A stretch of DNA of 64,000 bases from Okamejei kenojei (taxonomy: Eukaryota). Positions within the stretch are counted from its first letter, which is position 1; every line of letters begins with the position of its first letter. Both the position numbers and the translations under genes were made by a program. The DNA is taken from positions 5,022,001 to 5,086,000 of the forward strand of contig CM069145.1 in NCBI GenBank assembly GCA_035221665.1. Direction: 5' to 3'. Below, piece after piece: positions 1-12,422 of this stretch. The notes beneath the pieces were generated by a model. The model worked only from the letters and a program-made list of their open reading frames with translations, made no database searches and had not been told where the DNA came from.

Positions 1-190
1 AGATACAAGTTTTGTGCACAATCCTATATTCAGTTTAAAAACTGATTGCACCAATCAACACTGATGAGGGATATTTGAAAACATGTCTATAATTTTGTTT
101 GAAGCTGTTCAACTTGCTATTTCAAATACCAGTATTTGACAGTGTGGTCACTTTATATGTTGGTTATAACTTGTGATTATGTTTTAACAG

Positions 191-300
191 CTGGTTATAA
201 CAATTTAGAAGTTGCAGAATATCTGCTGCAGCATGGTGCAGATGTGAATGCTCAGGATAAAGGTGGATTAATACCTTTACATAATGCTGCTTCATATGGG
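191..300 (+). CDS. TNKS2: Tankyrase-2 coding exon (ankyrin repeat); gene begins upstream of the window
   Basis: ttttaacag acceptor, GTAAGA donor at 301; translates (A)[36 protein letters not shown], a tankyrase ankyrin repeat. Confidence 0.95.
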
Positions 301-1536
301 GTAAGATGAAATATAGTGCAGTCTTAATCCATTTGCGCTTTTGATGGCAGGAAATGTTTTGTTAATTACTTCTGAAGGAGCAAAATATATCTACTGTTGT
401 AGATCTAATGTTACTTCAATTTAGATGGTCAATATCTCCCTCCCTTTCTGATTTTTATCTATATTATTATTTTGATTAAGCTTCTCTAAACATGGTTAAG
501 AATTGTGATTTGTTAACTCCATTGGTGCTCTCTGGATTCTAATGTATATCCTGACACAAGATCAGAATATATTTATCTGTCCTGTATTTATTTATTGAGA
601 CTACCTTATTTTCTAGGATGTTCTATGGGCAAGAAACCTAGCTAAAATAAACTCATTACTATGTTTGCAGGTGACAGTAAAATTGGTAGAGCCGTTGATA
701 ACTAAAATTGTTGACACAGTATATGTCTATGGATCAACTGGAATGTTAAGTCAAAAGTCAAGAGTTTTATTGTCATTTGTCCCAGGTAGTGGTGACGGGT
801 GCAATTTTATCCAGACGAGAGTGAGGTAATGCACTTTGGGAAGAAATTTCTGGTAGGAATTCTGGTAGGCAAGGATATGTTGACAGATTCCAGCTATCAA
901 CTGTCTGACAATGGACCAAAATTCAAGTTTGAAATAAACAGTTGCCTAGCCAGAGCTTTATGGGGAAATTGGTGTTTCCCATTGGACTCTGTATGGAATC
1001 CACTAGTCAGGGGGAATTATGTAATGTTCCACTTAAGCACCAATTATTAACTTTGGCAAAACATAATTGTGTCTATTGGAAATTTTGGTGGCTGGCAGAA
1101 GAGCTGCTCCAATAATTCTTCAAGAGATATTCAATTGAATAAACCTATCAGTGAAATTGCATGGGGCCCAAGGCGGGCTTGGATCGCGTGGCCCAAGGAG
1201 AGCTCGCCAACTGGATAGAAAATTGGCTTCATGCAAGGAAGCAGAGGATGGAAGGTTGTTTTCCGAACTGGAGGCCTGTGCCTCAGGGCTCACTGTTGAG
1301 CCCATCACTGTTTGTTATCAATATCTGCTTTGGACGTACAATAAATGATTAGTAGGTTTGCAGATGACACTAAAGTGGGTGATATTATAGATTGCAACAA
1401 TGATTGTTAACGATTATAGCAGGATCTTGTTCGATTGGGCAGGTTGGCTGAGGATCCATTTGCCTGCCAGTGATAATATCTTCCAAATGCAGTACTTGTT
1501 ACAGCTCAGTAATTTTCGTGTGTATTTTTGTTCCAG

Positions 1537-1725
1537 CATGTGGATGTCGCAGCATTATTGATAAGATATAATGCATGTGTAAATGCAACAGACAAATGGG
1601 CTTTCACTCCCCTTCATGAAGCAGCCCAGAAAGGGAGGACACAATTATGCACCCTATTGCTCGCTCATGGAGCTGACCCCACTATGAGAAACCAGGAAGG
1701 ACAAACTCCATTAGATCTCATCACT
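1537..1725 (+). CDS. TNKS2: Tankyrase-2 coding exon (ankyrin repeats)
   Basis: ttccag / GTAGGT; [63 protein letters not shown]; phase 0-0. Confidence 0.95.
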
Positions 1726-3337
1726 GTAGGTATTCTACTGAAATAAAATGACCCAATCTGATCCATTTTCGAATTGTGACATTTGTTAAGTTTAAAATTG
1801 ACATTTTTTAAATTAATTTGCATTATAACTTTTTGCACTTTAAATCAGATTACATACATTCTTGCATTTTAATGGAAGACTTAAACTTTGTGAATGTGTT
1901 AATACAAGGATGGATTGCAAGATTTTATTTTACCCAACATTATGTAACATGTTTCTGGGGAAGAGACAAAAGATTTATTATACATAACTATCAATAGTTT
2001 ACTAGTATTAAACAGATTTATAGTACAGGTTGAAGACCGATTTTGTGGCATCCTCTGTTCCAAAGCCTTGGATTATCTGTTTTTCTGGACCACCAGACAT
2101 CAAATGATAATAAAATGACAATACACCCCTGGCCCATTAATGACACCCCTCCCGTTTTTCTAAAGCACTATAGAGTGCCAGAAACATAAATACAACAAAT
2201 ATAAAATGTAAACTGAATGTGAATGGAATGACCTGCCGAACCATCCCAGGCTCCCAACGTCTCCCCGGCCGTTTAGAGCCCCGGCTTCGGACCCCACCTC
2301 CGAGGCGCAAGTTGCACCAGCGAGCCCTTGTTCACCCACCACATGGTCCGATGACAAGGCTGTTGTTGCGGCTACATTGTAACCCCTGGGAACAAAGCTT
2401 TCTTCAGGTTGCCGTCTCCTCCTTCCCCCACCCCCACCGCCTCCCACGGAGTCGCGGACATACTCCACCATAGAAGCGACAGCGGATGAGAGGGGAGGGA
2501 GCCCGAGTGCGTTCTGTCAATGGGGGCTCACTGAAGAAAGCGCTGTCCCCAGGGGCTACAAGGTGAGCTGTAATAACAGCCGTGTGACTGGTGAAGCAGG
2601 GATCGCTGGTGCAGACCAGCAGCATCAATGCCTAGTTTTAAAGTGAAACAACACAAAGTGCTGGAGTAACTCAGCTGACTGAATCAGTCTGAGGAAGGGT
2701 CCCAATGTCACCTATCCACGTTCTCCAGAGATGCTGACCTGCTGAATTACTCTAGCACTTTGTGTCCTTTCGGTGGGTGAAGAAGGGCTTGCTGGTGCCT
2801 TGTGAGTCAGGAGAGGGGTTCGAAGCGGGTGTTCTAAATGGCTGGGGGGGACGGGAGAGGGACATGACCAGAAAGAGCGCTTGCTACTCGCAAAGCCATT
2901 TGTGGCTGCTCACGGAATTTCCACTGAGCTGTGGTAATTTTGTCCAGATTACAGGGGTGTGTGGACCATCAGTTGCTGGAAAATCAGTGTTCAACCTGTA
3001 GTCAGTGTTTTCTCTTGAGCAAATATTTAAAAAGCAGTTGCTGGTGTAACGTTTAAACAAGAAAGAAATTTCGATTTTTTAAAAAAGGATATCTTAATTT
3101 GTTGTAACAAAATATTGATAGAAATATGGTCAATTCCTGAAGAATATATTTTCTGGATGTCAAAATAGTTATCTTCTGTGCTTATGTTTATAATAGTGAC
3201 TGTCAGGTCACTAAGGTGGACTGTGTCTTTTAATAAAATTAAAACCTGAAATTTTCATTTTGGGAAAGTTTGTCATTTTAATTGAATAATGTTCTGAGGA
3301 AATATTTTTAAAACATGCAAATAATCTTATTATACAG

Positions 3338-3584
3338 GCAGACGATGTCCGAGCCTTGCTGATAGCTGCAATGCCGCCTTCTGTATTGCCATCTTGCTAC
3401 AAGCCCCACGCTGTTATCAATGCTTCACAAGCTGCAGGACAAACAGCCACGACTCTGCCTTCTATTCCATCAAATACAGGAAATCCATCTGCTGCATGTA
3501 ATCTATCAAGTGGCTTCTGTGAGCTGACTCCCAGTGGTAGCATGTGTGGTGCCGAAGAAATCAGTAACTTAGAGAAAAAAGAAA
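3338..3584 (+). CDS. TNKS2: Tankyrase-2 coding exon (ankyrin-SAM linker)
   Basis: tatacag / GTAAGA; ADDVRALLIAAMPPSVLPSCYKP...LEKKE; 247 nt, phase 0-1 matches the next exon. Confidence 0.92.
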
Positions 3585-4253
3585 GTAAGAGATTTTTTAT
3601 CGTTAATGAGCTGTGTTAATAATGAATAAATCCTGGTGACACTATGGTTATTTTTCTGTGGAACAGGTGCATATGTAATGGTAAAAGCTACTTTAAACTG
3701 TCAGTTGTGTGCAGGCAGTACACCTAGCCTGTCTTATCAAAAACATAAAAAAATCTTTTAATTTCCTCTAATCCTATCCAGATTTTTAAAACATTGTTTA
3801 GCAATCTATGATTTTAAAATACTTTTGAGCAGTTTGCTTGCAGTGTAGAGTATTAACGAGTTTTGTAAAATAAATTACCATACCCGGCCAGAAAATATTT
3901 TTGGAACAGGTTGTAATACAAAATGATAGGTATCTTTTGAAAGAAACATCACAAATTTAAACAATACGGATCTAAAGACCTCAGTTATTCAGTTAAAACA
4001 AAATAAATGTATTCAAATTTTCCATCAAAATGGTTCTCTCCTGGATCTAGAAATGTAACTCTTAAACTACACATCTTTATGTTTGAGTAAAGGTCGTGTC
4101 AATTGTAAATAAACAAATACTTTGTAATGGAGATGTAAGAAATGATATGCTTTAAATACAAACAGTCTGTCCAAAGATGACAACACATATAATGTCTGTG
4201 AAGATATGAATTCAATAGTTTACTAATTTTTGGGTGTTTTTCTTCCATTAAAG

Positions 4254-4336
4254 TTCCTGGAATACACATGACTATTAATCAGTTTTTGAGGAATTTGGGC
4301 CTGGAACATCTATGTGATATTTTTGAAAAAGAACAG
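4254..4336 (+). CDS. TNKS2: Tankyrase-2 coding exon (SAM domain, N-part)
   Basis: attaaag / GTATGT; (I)[27 protein letters not shown]. Confidence 0.93.
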
Positions 4337-5354
4337 GTATGTTTACAGAATTGTGTATGTTCTCAGTAATTGCTTCATTGTTTGTTTTTGAAGATCTAGT
4401 AATCGTCTTTATCTGAATCTAATGCCAAACTGGCATTTTTGCGTGTCTTCCTTGAGAATATAGGTAAGTTAAATAAGTGACGGAGGATTAGGGGTGTGCA
4501 GATCAACCATAAAGTTTAAGAAGTATAGGGCTGTGAACAATGGGGATCTGTGCAGGGACCTCTGCTGTTTGTGATACGTATAAATGACTTGGACTTGTAG
4601 ATGAGTAAATTTGCTGAAAAAATTGGAAAGGGGCTGCAGATAGTGAGGAATGCTGTAAGAATATATAGCGGGATATAAACAAGTTGCAGAAATGGGCAGA
4701 GAGATGGCAGATGGCGTTCAATCCAAATAAGGATTAGGTGATGCATTTTCAGAGGTTGAATTTAAGGAGAGAGCATACATTTAATAGCTAGACCATTAAC
4801 AGCATTGATGTTCAGAGTGATCTGTCAGTCCAAGTTCATAACTTGCTGAAGGTAGCAGCACAAGTAGTTTAGTTTAGCTTTTGTTTATCGTCACGTGTAC
4901 GGAGGTGCAGTGAAAAGCTTCTTGTTGCGTGCTGTCCAGTCAGTGGAAGGACTATACTTGATTACAATCAAGCCACCCATCGTCATTTATAGTGTGCACG
5001 GTGTCTCACTCTGGCATTGGAGGAGGCTGAGGGCATGGGAAGGGAAGATAAATTGTTAGCAACTGGGAGCGCCAGTCGGCTTTAGCAAACAGCGCACAAG
5101 TATTCTGTGAAACGGTCACTTAGTCTACACTTGCTTTCACCCATATAGAGTGCTCATATCGGGAGAACCTATTACATTTTGATGCTCTTCTAACCAGGAA
5201 AAATGAAATCTTCAACTTATTTCCAGTGTTAGATTTACACATTCCAATTAATTTGATATTCTTCATTGCATTCAGTCGATTTAGGATTATACCACTTCAA
5301 TAGCTTTGCCTTTTAATACTGTTTGTGGATAACTGATTTCAAAATCTTCTCCAG

Positions 5355-5475
5355 ATCACACTGGATGTATTGGTTGAAATGGGTCATAAAGAACTAAAAG
5401 AAATTGGAATAAATGCTTACGGACATCGACATAAAATCATCAAAGGTGTTGAACGTCTTTTAGCCATACAGCAAG
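5355..5475 (+). CDS. TNKS2: Tankyrase-2 coding exon (SAM domain, C-part)
   Basis: cttctccag / GTGAAG; [40 protein letters not shown](G). Confidence 0.95.
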
Positions 5476-5704
5476 GTGAAGCATTTGCTTGTATTCCATC
5501 TACTAGTACTTGGTCATTAATAATGTCCAAAAATGTCTCTTGGTTAATACTTTAGTACTTCAGAATGACAATTGTTCGTAGAACTAAAGTTGCATTGCTT
5601 TGTGCTGCGTTTTGCAACAAATGCTAAATAAGATAATGGGAAATCAGAAGCTTGCTCTAAGTTTTTGCAAGGTCTGTTATTTTTCTTTGTCCATGCCTCT
5701 GAGA

Positions 5705-6118
5705 TTACATAGAAACAGAAAATAGGTGCAGGAGCAGGCCATTTGGCACTTCGAGCCAGCACCACCATTCAATATGATCATGGCTGATCATCCAAAATCA
5801 GTACCCCATTCCGGCTTTTTCTCCATATCCTTTGATTCCCTTAGTCCTAAGAGCTAAATCTAACTCTCTTTTGAAAACATCCAGTGAATTGGCCTCCACT
5901 GCCTTCTGTGGCAGAGAATTCTACAGATGCACAACTCTAGGTGAAAACGTTTTTCCTCATCTCAGCCCTAAATGGCCTACCCCATATTCTTAAACTGACC
6001 CCTGGTTCTGGACTCCCCCAACATCGGGAACATTTTTCCTGCATCTACCTTGTCCAATCCTCTAAGAATTTTATGTTTCTATAAGATACCCTCTCATCCT
6101 TCTAAATCCAGTGAATAC
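5705..6118 (-). mobile_element. CR1-clade LINE 3' end (HER1-like)
   Basis: Reverse complement of the same RT C-terminus and 3' UTR (gggccgaatggcctactcctgcacctattt...) seen at 7070-7435. Confidence 0.8.
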
Positions 6119-6394
6119 AATTTACAAGGATATGCCTAGGAAGCAACTGCAGATGCTGGTTTCAACTGAAGATAGTCACAAAAAGCTGGAGTAACTTAGC
6201 GGGACAGGCAGCATCTCTGGAGAGAAGGAATTGGTGACTTTATTGTGCAATCAAACCTTAACGGCATTTGATTCCTGCTTCAGTTCTTCGTAAATGTTCT
6301 TCTAGTCTGAGTCTGACACTTTGAAACCAGTTTGGGTGAGTCCCTGTTAAATATTATGCAGACCCAGACTCCTTCAGGCCCCACATATCATTCG

Positions 6395-7435
6395 ATTAAA
6401 CGGGTCCTTTTCAGAATGGCAGGCAGTGACTAATGGGGTACCGCAAGGCTCAGTGCTGGGACCCCAGCTATTTACAATATATATTAACGATTTGGACGAG
6501 GGAATTGAATGCAACATATCCAAGTTTGCAGATGACACAAAGCTGGGGGGCAGTGTTAGCTGTGAGGAGGATGCTAGGAGGCTGCAAGGTGACTTGGATA
6601 GGTTGGGTGAGTGGGCAAATGCATGGCAGATGCAGTATAATGTGGATAAATGTGAGGTTATCTACTTTGGTGGCAAGAACAGGAAAGTAGACTATTATCT
6701 GAAAGGTGGGCAATTACGAAAAGGGGAGATGCAATGAGACCTGGGTGTCATGGTACACGGGTCATTAAAAGTAGGCATGCAGGTGCAGCAGGCAGTGAAG
6801 TAAGCAGATGGTATGTTTGCATTCATAGCAAAAGGATTTGAGTATAGGAGCATGGAGGTTCTACTGCAGTTGTACCACACCTGGAGTATTGTGTACAGTT
6901 TTGGTCTCCTAATCTGAGGAAAGACATTCTTGCCACAGAGGGAGTACAGAAAAGGTTTACCAGACTGATTCCTGGGATGGCACGACTTTCATATGAAGAA
7001 AGACTGGATCGACTCGGCTTATACTCGCTAGAATTTAGAAGATTGAGGGGGGATCTTATAGAAACTTACAAAATTCTTAAGGGGTTGGACAGGCTAGATG
7101 CAGGAAGATTGTTCCCGATGTTGGGGAAGTCCAGAACAAGGGGTCACAGTTTAAGGATAAGGGGGAAGTCTTTTAGGACCGAGATGAGAAAAGCTTTTTT
7201 CACACGGAGAGCGGTGAATCTGTGGAATTCTCTGCCGCAGAAGGTAGTTGAGGCCAGTTCATTGGCTATATTTAAGAGGGTTAGATGTGGCCCTTGTGGC
7301 TAAAGGGATCGGGGGGTATGGAGAGAAGGCAGGTACAGGACACTGAGTTGGATGATCAGCCATGATTATATTGAATGGCGGTGCAGGCTCGAAGGGCCGA
7401 ATGGCCTACTCCTGCACCTATTTTCTATGTTTCTA
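6395..7435 (+). mobile_element. 5'-truncated CR1-clade LINE (HER1-like)
   Basis: RT motifs GVPQGSVLGP and FADDTKL, then LSYEERLDRLGLYSLEFRRLRGDLIETYKIL; ends in the conserved 3' UTR with a ttctatgt tail. Confidence 0.9.
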
Positions 7436-8070
7436 TTCCTCTCCACTTTCTTCCCACTTCACCAGTTTTTGACCCTTGCCCAAATCTCAAGCCGTCTGAT
7501 CACCCTGCCACAGAACCATTCATGTCTTAATCTGCTCTCTTCCCACAAACCCACTCAGTAAGCTGCTGACATAATCCATCACCGTCACCACCTTCGCAAT
7601 GCCCTGCAGTGGAGTAACTGGTTCTCATCCTGATACCTCAACCTCACAGCCACACCCTGTCTTGTGGTATTTCCAATGGAGCACCCAAAAGAAGGGTTTC
7701 CTTGTGCAGCCCTCATTAGCTGGTGATTTCTCCAGTGGCAATTTTGCCCTGAACAACTGTATAATGTATTTAATTGGATATCTTTCAATTTCTAAGCAGG
7801 GCTCTTGTCCTTTGTTTAGGCTTCGCAGGCTTGCCTTTTGCTACAATCATGTTTAAGTATGATGATTCGCACTGCTAATGTGCAAAGAAACTGAAATGAT
7901 TCAATACTTTGGACTAAGTGTGATAACTGCAACAAAGTACAAAAAATAAGATAGTTCAAGTTGAGTAATACTTAAGAATAGACTGTAATGTTAAAAGAAA
8001 TACAATTTGGAGACAATACACAAGTATTTAAAGCAATAACAGTAATTGATTCATTTTCTTTAAAATGTAG

Positions 8071-8168
8071 GCATCAACCCATATCTAACTTTAAACAATT
8101 CCAACAGTGGTACAATTCTGATTGATTTATTACCGGTGGATAAGGAGTTCCAATCTGTGGAGGAAGAG
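8071..8168 (+). CDS. TNKS2: Tankyrase-2 coding exon (start of PARP domain)
   Basis: atgtag / GTGACA; (G)[32 protein letters not shown]; YLTLN and KEFQ are TNKS2-type rather than TNKS1-type (YLTFH, KEYQ). Confidence 0.94.
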
Positions 8169-8264
8169 GTGACAATTTTATTTTATGTGGTAATTAAAAT
8201 ATGCAATATACTTAATCTGCAATGCCTTTCTTTGATCATTTAATAATTTATGCACATGTTACAG

Positions 8265-8339
8265 ATGCAAGGTACCGTGAGAGAACATCGGGATGGCGGC
8301 CATGCCGGGGGAGTCTTCAATAAATACAATTTCTTGAAG
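8265..8339 (+). CDS. TNKS2: Tankyrase-2 coding exon (PARP domain)
   Basis: gttacag / GTCTGC; [25 protein letters not shown]; preceded by a 96-nt intron. Confidence 0.94.
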
Positions 8340-8420
8340 GTCTGCTTTATCAATTTCGATTTTCTCTCAGTATTACGTGTTATTTATTGAAAGAAGTAAC
8401 TCAACAAAAAATGATTTCAG

Positions 8421-8526
8421 ATTCAAAGGGTGTGCAATAAAAGACTTTGGGAGAGATATACACATCGAAGAAAAGAAGTATCTGAAGAAAATCACGGCCA
8501 TTCAAATGAAAGAATGTTGTTTCATG
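8421..8526 (+). CDS. TNKS2: Tankyrase-2 coding exon (PARP domain, catalytic His)
   Basis: atttcag / GTAAGT; [35 protein letters not shown](G); preceded by an 81-nt intron. Confidence 0.95.
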
Positions 8527-8610
8527 GTAAGTAAGTTGGTACTGGAAGCCTGTAATTGTTTTTCTTTACTGAGCAGTCCTTCCTCCTTGTAGTTTACTTC
8601 CGGAACACAT

Positions 8611-9257
8611 TGTGAGATACCCTTTATGCTCACAATTAATACTCAAAGACTAAATCCTGGAAGCAAGAGATTTCTTTATTTTACGAGTCTGCAGACCGGG
8701 TGCCTCTCCAACTCGAGACACACTGAAGCCAGAGAGATCATCCCCCTTTATACACAAAATCTTACATTCAATCTCCCCTCCGGACCTTTCTCCAATCAGG
8801 GTCGGAGGTGCACAATCTGTAGGTACCTCCCACCGTACATCCCCTCGCACCTCCCATATCATACATTGCATGTTCAAACAGGTTCATGGTAATGAGCAAT
8901 TTCTTGACCAGGGTGTGTTGTAATATTCATTTATTCTATTAAGCATGCTCAATTGCTCATGACCTGGCCCAGTTTTACTCACCTCCTAGTGAACCCTCTC
9001 AGTTTTCCTATATCAGTACTAAAGCTAAGCTATAGTGACAAGGGTCCCATCTATCACTCCTTTCCACTGATAGGGATCTCTCTACATCACCCCCTTCTCT
9101 AGCTTATACAATGCATCTCTTCTTACTCAAGGCCTCAAGGATGGGTCTGGCAACCTTCAGACACTGCTGTGTCAGAATCCCCTCTCCAGCCCCTCTCTGT
9201 TTGAATTCTCTTTAAAACTCCTTTCTTTAATAGGGTTTAATCACTTTATCCCTCACA
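8611..9257 (-). repeat. 3' LTR of the intronic ERV
   Basis: Direct repeat of 15175-15819; preceded on the minus strand by PPT AAAAGAAAAAGGGAGGAT (9258-9275); minus-strand TATAAA and AATAAA present. Confidence 0.95.
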
Positions 9258-9291
9258 ATCCTCCCTTTTTCTTTTGCTACGCATACACTGA

Positions 9292-11096
9292 TTAAACCCT
9301 CATTTTAAGTTCCTTCAATTCGAACTGACGTAACATCGTCCTAACCTTCTCCTCCTGTAAATCATAAACTTCCCTTGGCCGCATTATCATTATTGTCTGT
9401 ATTTCCCTTTTCTCTCCCATAGGCATGACTACAGCCTGCATCTGACATACTTCTGGTAATAAGTTCCCTAAGACAAGGGATACAACAGGGGATAAAGATC
9501 AGTCCAGCCACTGCACATAGAAACACAAGTCCCACCGTTCTCCACCATGTTCCTCCGAGGATAGAATCCCACCATTGGGTTCCCATAATCGAATTCCACT
9601 TTTGTATTGGAACATGCGCCAACTTCCGGATCCCTTCTGATATGTCCATCACTGCCTGTCCATTATCATCGATGTTCAAACAGCAATTAGAGAGGTTGAA
9701 TTTCCCGCATACCCCTCCTTCTTCTGCCAGGAGGTAATCTAGGGCTAACCTGTTCTGGTATATCGCTGTTCTCATCTGCGTCTGCTGCTTTGCCAGCATC
9801 TCCAGCGGCCACCGCAGTTTTGGTTGGTAATTACCTCCAGTACTGCCTGTAGCCTTATGATCCAGTTTAACATGTATACTGGTGTTCGGTAGCCCCAGGA
9901 TCCATCCTGTGCCCAGGTGGCTGGTCCGTAGTATGAGATGATTCTTGCTGGTGGCCACTCATCATCTTCCCATTCTCCAATGTCTATTTTCCTCTTTTTC
10001 CGATATAGGTCATCAAATACAGGTGTTCCTAACGACCGGCCTTCTTTGGGGTTTAACAGGAAGAATCCAGGTTGTACCAGTCCAATAAAACAAGTCCCAC
10101 TCCAATTCATCGGTAACACCGAGTATGCCTTGTATCCGCATATCCATAACAATCCTTCAGGGGCGGTCCACTAGAGGCAACCTTGTTCCATATATCTCGC
10201 AATACTGGGATCCCCTGATAAGGGTTATTCCCGGTGCAGTTCCATAGTCCGGCTGATTCCACTCCATCAATCTCCATCCGGATAGCGCAGTTTTTCCCAT
10301 ATTTCTTAGTTAGATACCATTTAGGCTCCTCTGGCCACCACACTCGGGACTGATTTGGCCACTGGGTGACGATGCGCTGGCAGGGGCTGCTGCCCACTAG
10401 GACAGCATCCTTTGCCCAGGGCCTAGCGATACACTCAGTCCCGACCGGAGCGTCTGTCAGGACCCATACCTGGGGATCTCGGTCTTGTCCAACTGTCAGG
10501 TTCCACCCCATCAGGTCCCATATTTCAACAATGGATCCTCTCCATGGCCAGCGTGAATTCATCAGCGGTCCTCCGCAGACCCAACAGTTAGTCACATTCA
10601 GGGTCCCAGCTATCCGGGTGGCCAAGTCCACAAACAGGTTTTTTTCTCCTTCAGGGATTTCGATCTGCTTCTTGATTTCTTCGTACAGTGTCTGGTGCAC
10701 TTGAGGCTGAGTATGTGGGGGAGGGGGAGGCTTAGTGACTACTACCTTAGTAACCTCTTTTATTACTTCCTCCTTCGTCTTATCTATTGCCCCTTTTACG
10801 ATCTGAGAAGGGAAAACTAACTGTACACAAATCCATCTCTCTCCCCTTGGGCAGGTAACGGCCCCAAACTTCCCTATATACCCCCTATTGCCTGCCATCA
10901 AATACTCCTTTCCCCCCTCTTTACAAATGATTCTAGTCTTTCAGTCATGGCATACTTTGTTCACATGGGAATGATAGGTAAATGATCTGGTTATTACCCC
11001 TCTGTATTGAATAGGATGATAACATTTATCACAATTATTAATACCTTTTACAACAATTACATACAAAGCAAACAATACCACGACTGCTCCTTTCAT
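9292..11096 (-). pseudogene. ERV env, ERV3/HERV-I-group gamma type, with a stop and frameshifts
   Basis: Signal peptide MKGAVVVLFALYVIVVKG; in-frame TGA at 10943-10941; CWVC; furin site RKKR; [23 protein letters not shown]; [20 protein letters not shown]; CX6CC; TM helix. Confidence 0.9.
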
Positions 11097-12025
11097 ACTG
11101 TCAGTTATACATTCAATGCTTTTCTTTTTAAAATTACTGTTAGGGGTTTACTTCCCGGCTTCACCGTCCACTGTTCCTCCTCCTCAGGAACGGGTGGATC
11201 GACGGGTCCTTTAACCCAGATCGCGTGGGTCCACCCTTATTCTTTTGTTCGTATTGCTGTCTCGGTTGTCAGCAATACTAGGTACGGGCCGGTCCACCTG
11301 GGCTGGAGTTTCTCCTCCTTCCAATTTTTGACCAGTACCCAGTCGCCGGCCTTTACAGCATGTATTGGAAAGTCAAGTGGCGGGCTTTGAGCCAATAATC
11401 CTTTCGCTTTAAATTCCGTAAGGGAACGGGACACTGCCAGTAAATAGTTCCTCAAGAATACATCACCTCCCTCAAAGGTTGGTGTGCCTTCCACCTTCCC
11501 AAATAAGATAACCCAAACAACATTCCATAGGGGGACACTGCTAACTTTGCATGGGGTCTCCGTTGCTTTTCTCAAAGCCTTTCTGTTTCCCTACTGCTCC
11601 AAACATATGCCCGACTCCATGTACATATGCTGCTCTTAAAGCCTTAATTTCTGCCAATTGAGCTAAGCAAGATTGCAGGCAAGCTTCCAATTTGATCCTG
11701 CGCTATAGCTTTTACTTCTTTAGATATTACTCGTCCAAAATATTCTACCTGCTGCTGACAAAACAAAAACTTCTTCCTTGATACATCATGACCTCCTGTG
11801 CCATCTTTTCCAAGATAATTACAATGTCTCTTTCTCACATTGCTCCTCACTTGTGGAACAAACCAGCAAATCATTCACATACTATATCAACACCTTCCAA
11901 ATCTGCCTACAACATCTGATTAAAAACACGGCGCTAGTATTTAAAACGCTGCCGCATCCTAGCCTAGGTGTATTTAATACCTCTTCTTAATGTTCTTACC
12001 ATAGCTATGTTCACCATTATCTTAA

Positions 12026-12059
<34 letters not shown>

Positions 12060-12422
12060 TCCTGATTATCGTACCTGTTCACATCCCCAACACACCTTAT
12101 CCATTACCTATCTCCTTACTAGCCTTGTCTGGGCTTAGATCCAGATTTATTTCACTCCCGATAGGGCATTTGAGAAAACACTCTCCCAAATACATTTATT
12201 ATTGGCATGGAATCTCTGGCCCCTGTTTGGCTCTGTCATAGGACTCGCTGTGTGTCGGTGCATCACTTATTTCAGACTTTTCAACCAGGTCTGTTGTTAC
12301 TGACAACATTGTCTTTCCTTTTTCACGCTCTTTCTTTCTAAAGCAGTCTCATCAATTCATCCCTCTGCTTCCCACTTTAATCCTTTCTGATCTGCCTTCT
12401 TTCTCATTCTAAACTCAATGTC

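Noticed and set aside
9049-9076. tetO-like sequence in the LTR (minus strand TCCCTATCAGTG...AGTGATAGA)
   Set aside because: Interrupted, present in both LTRs with one copy mutated, no vector context; chance palindrome.
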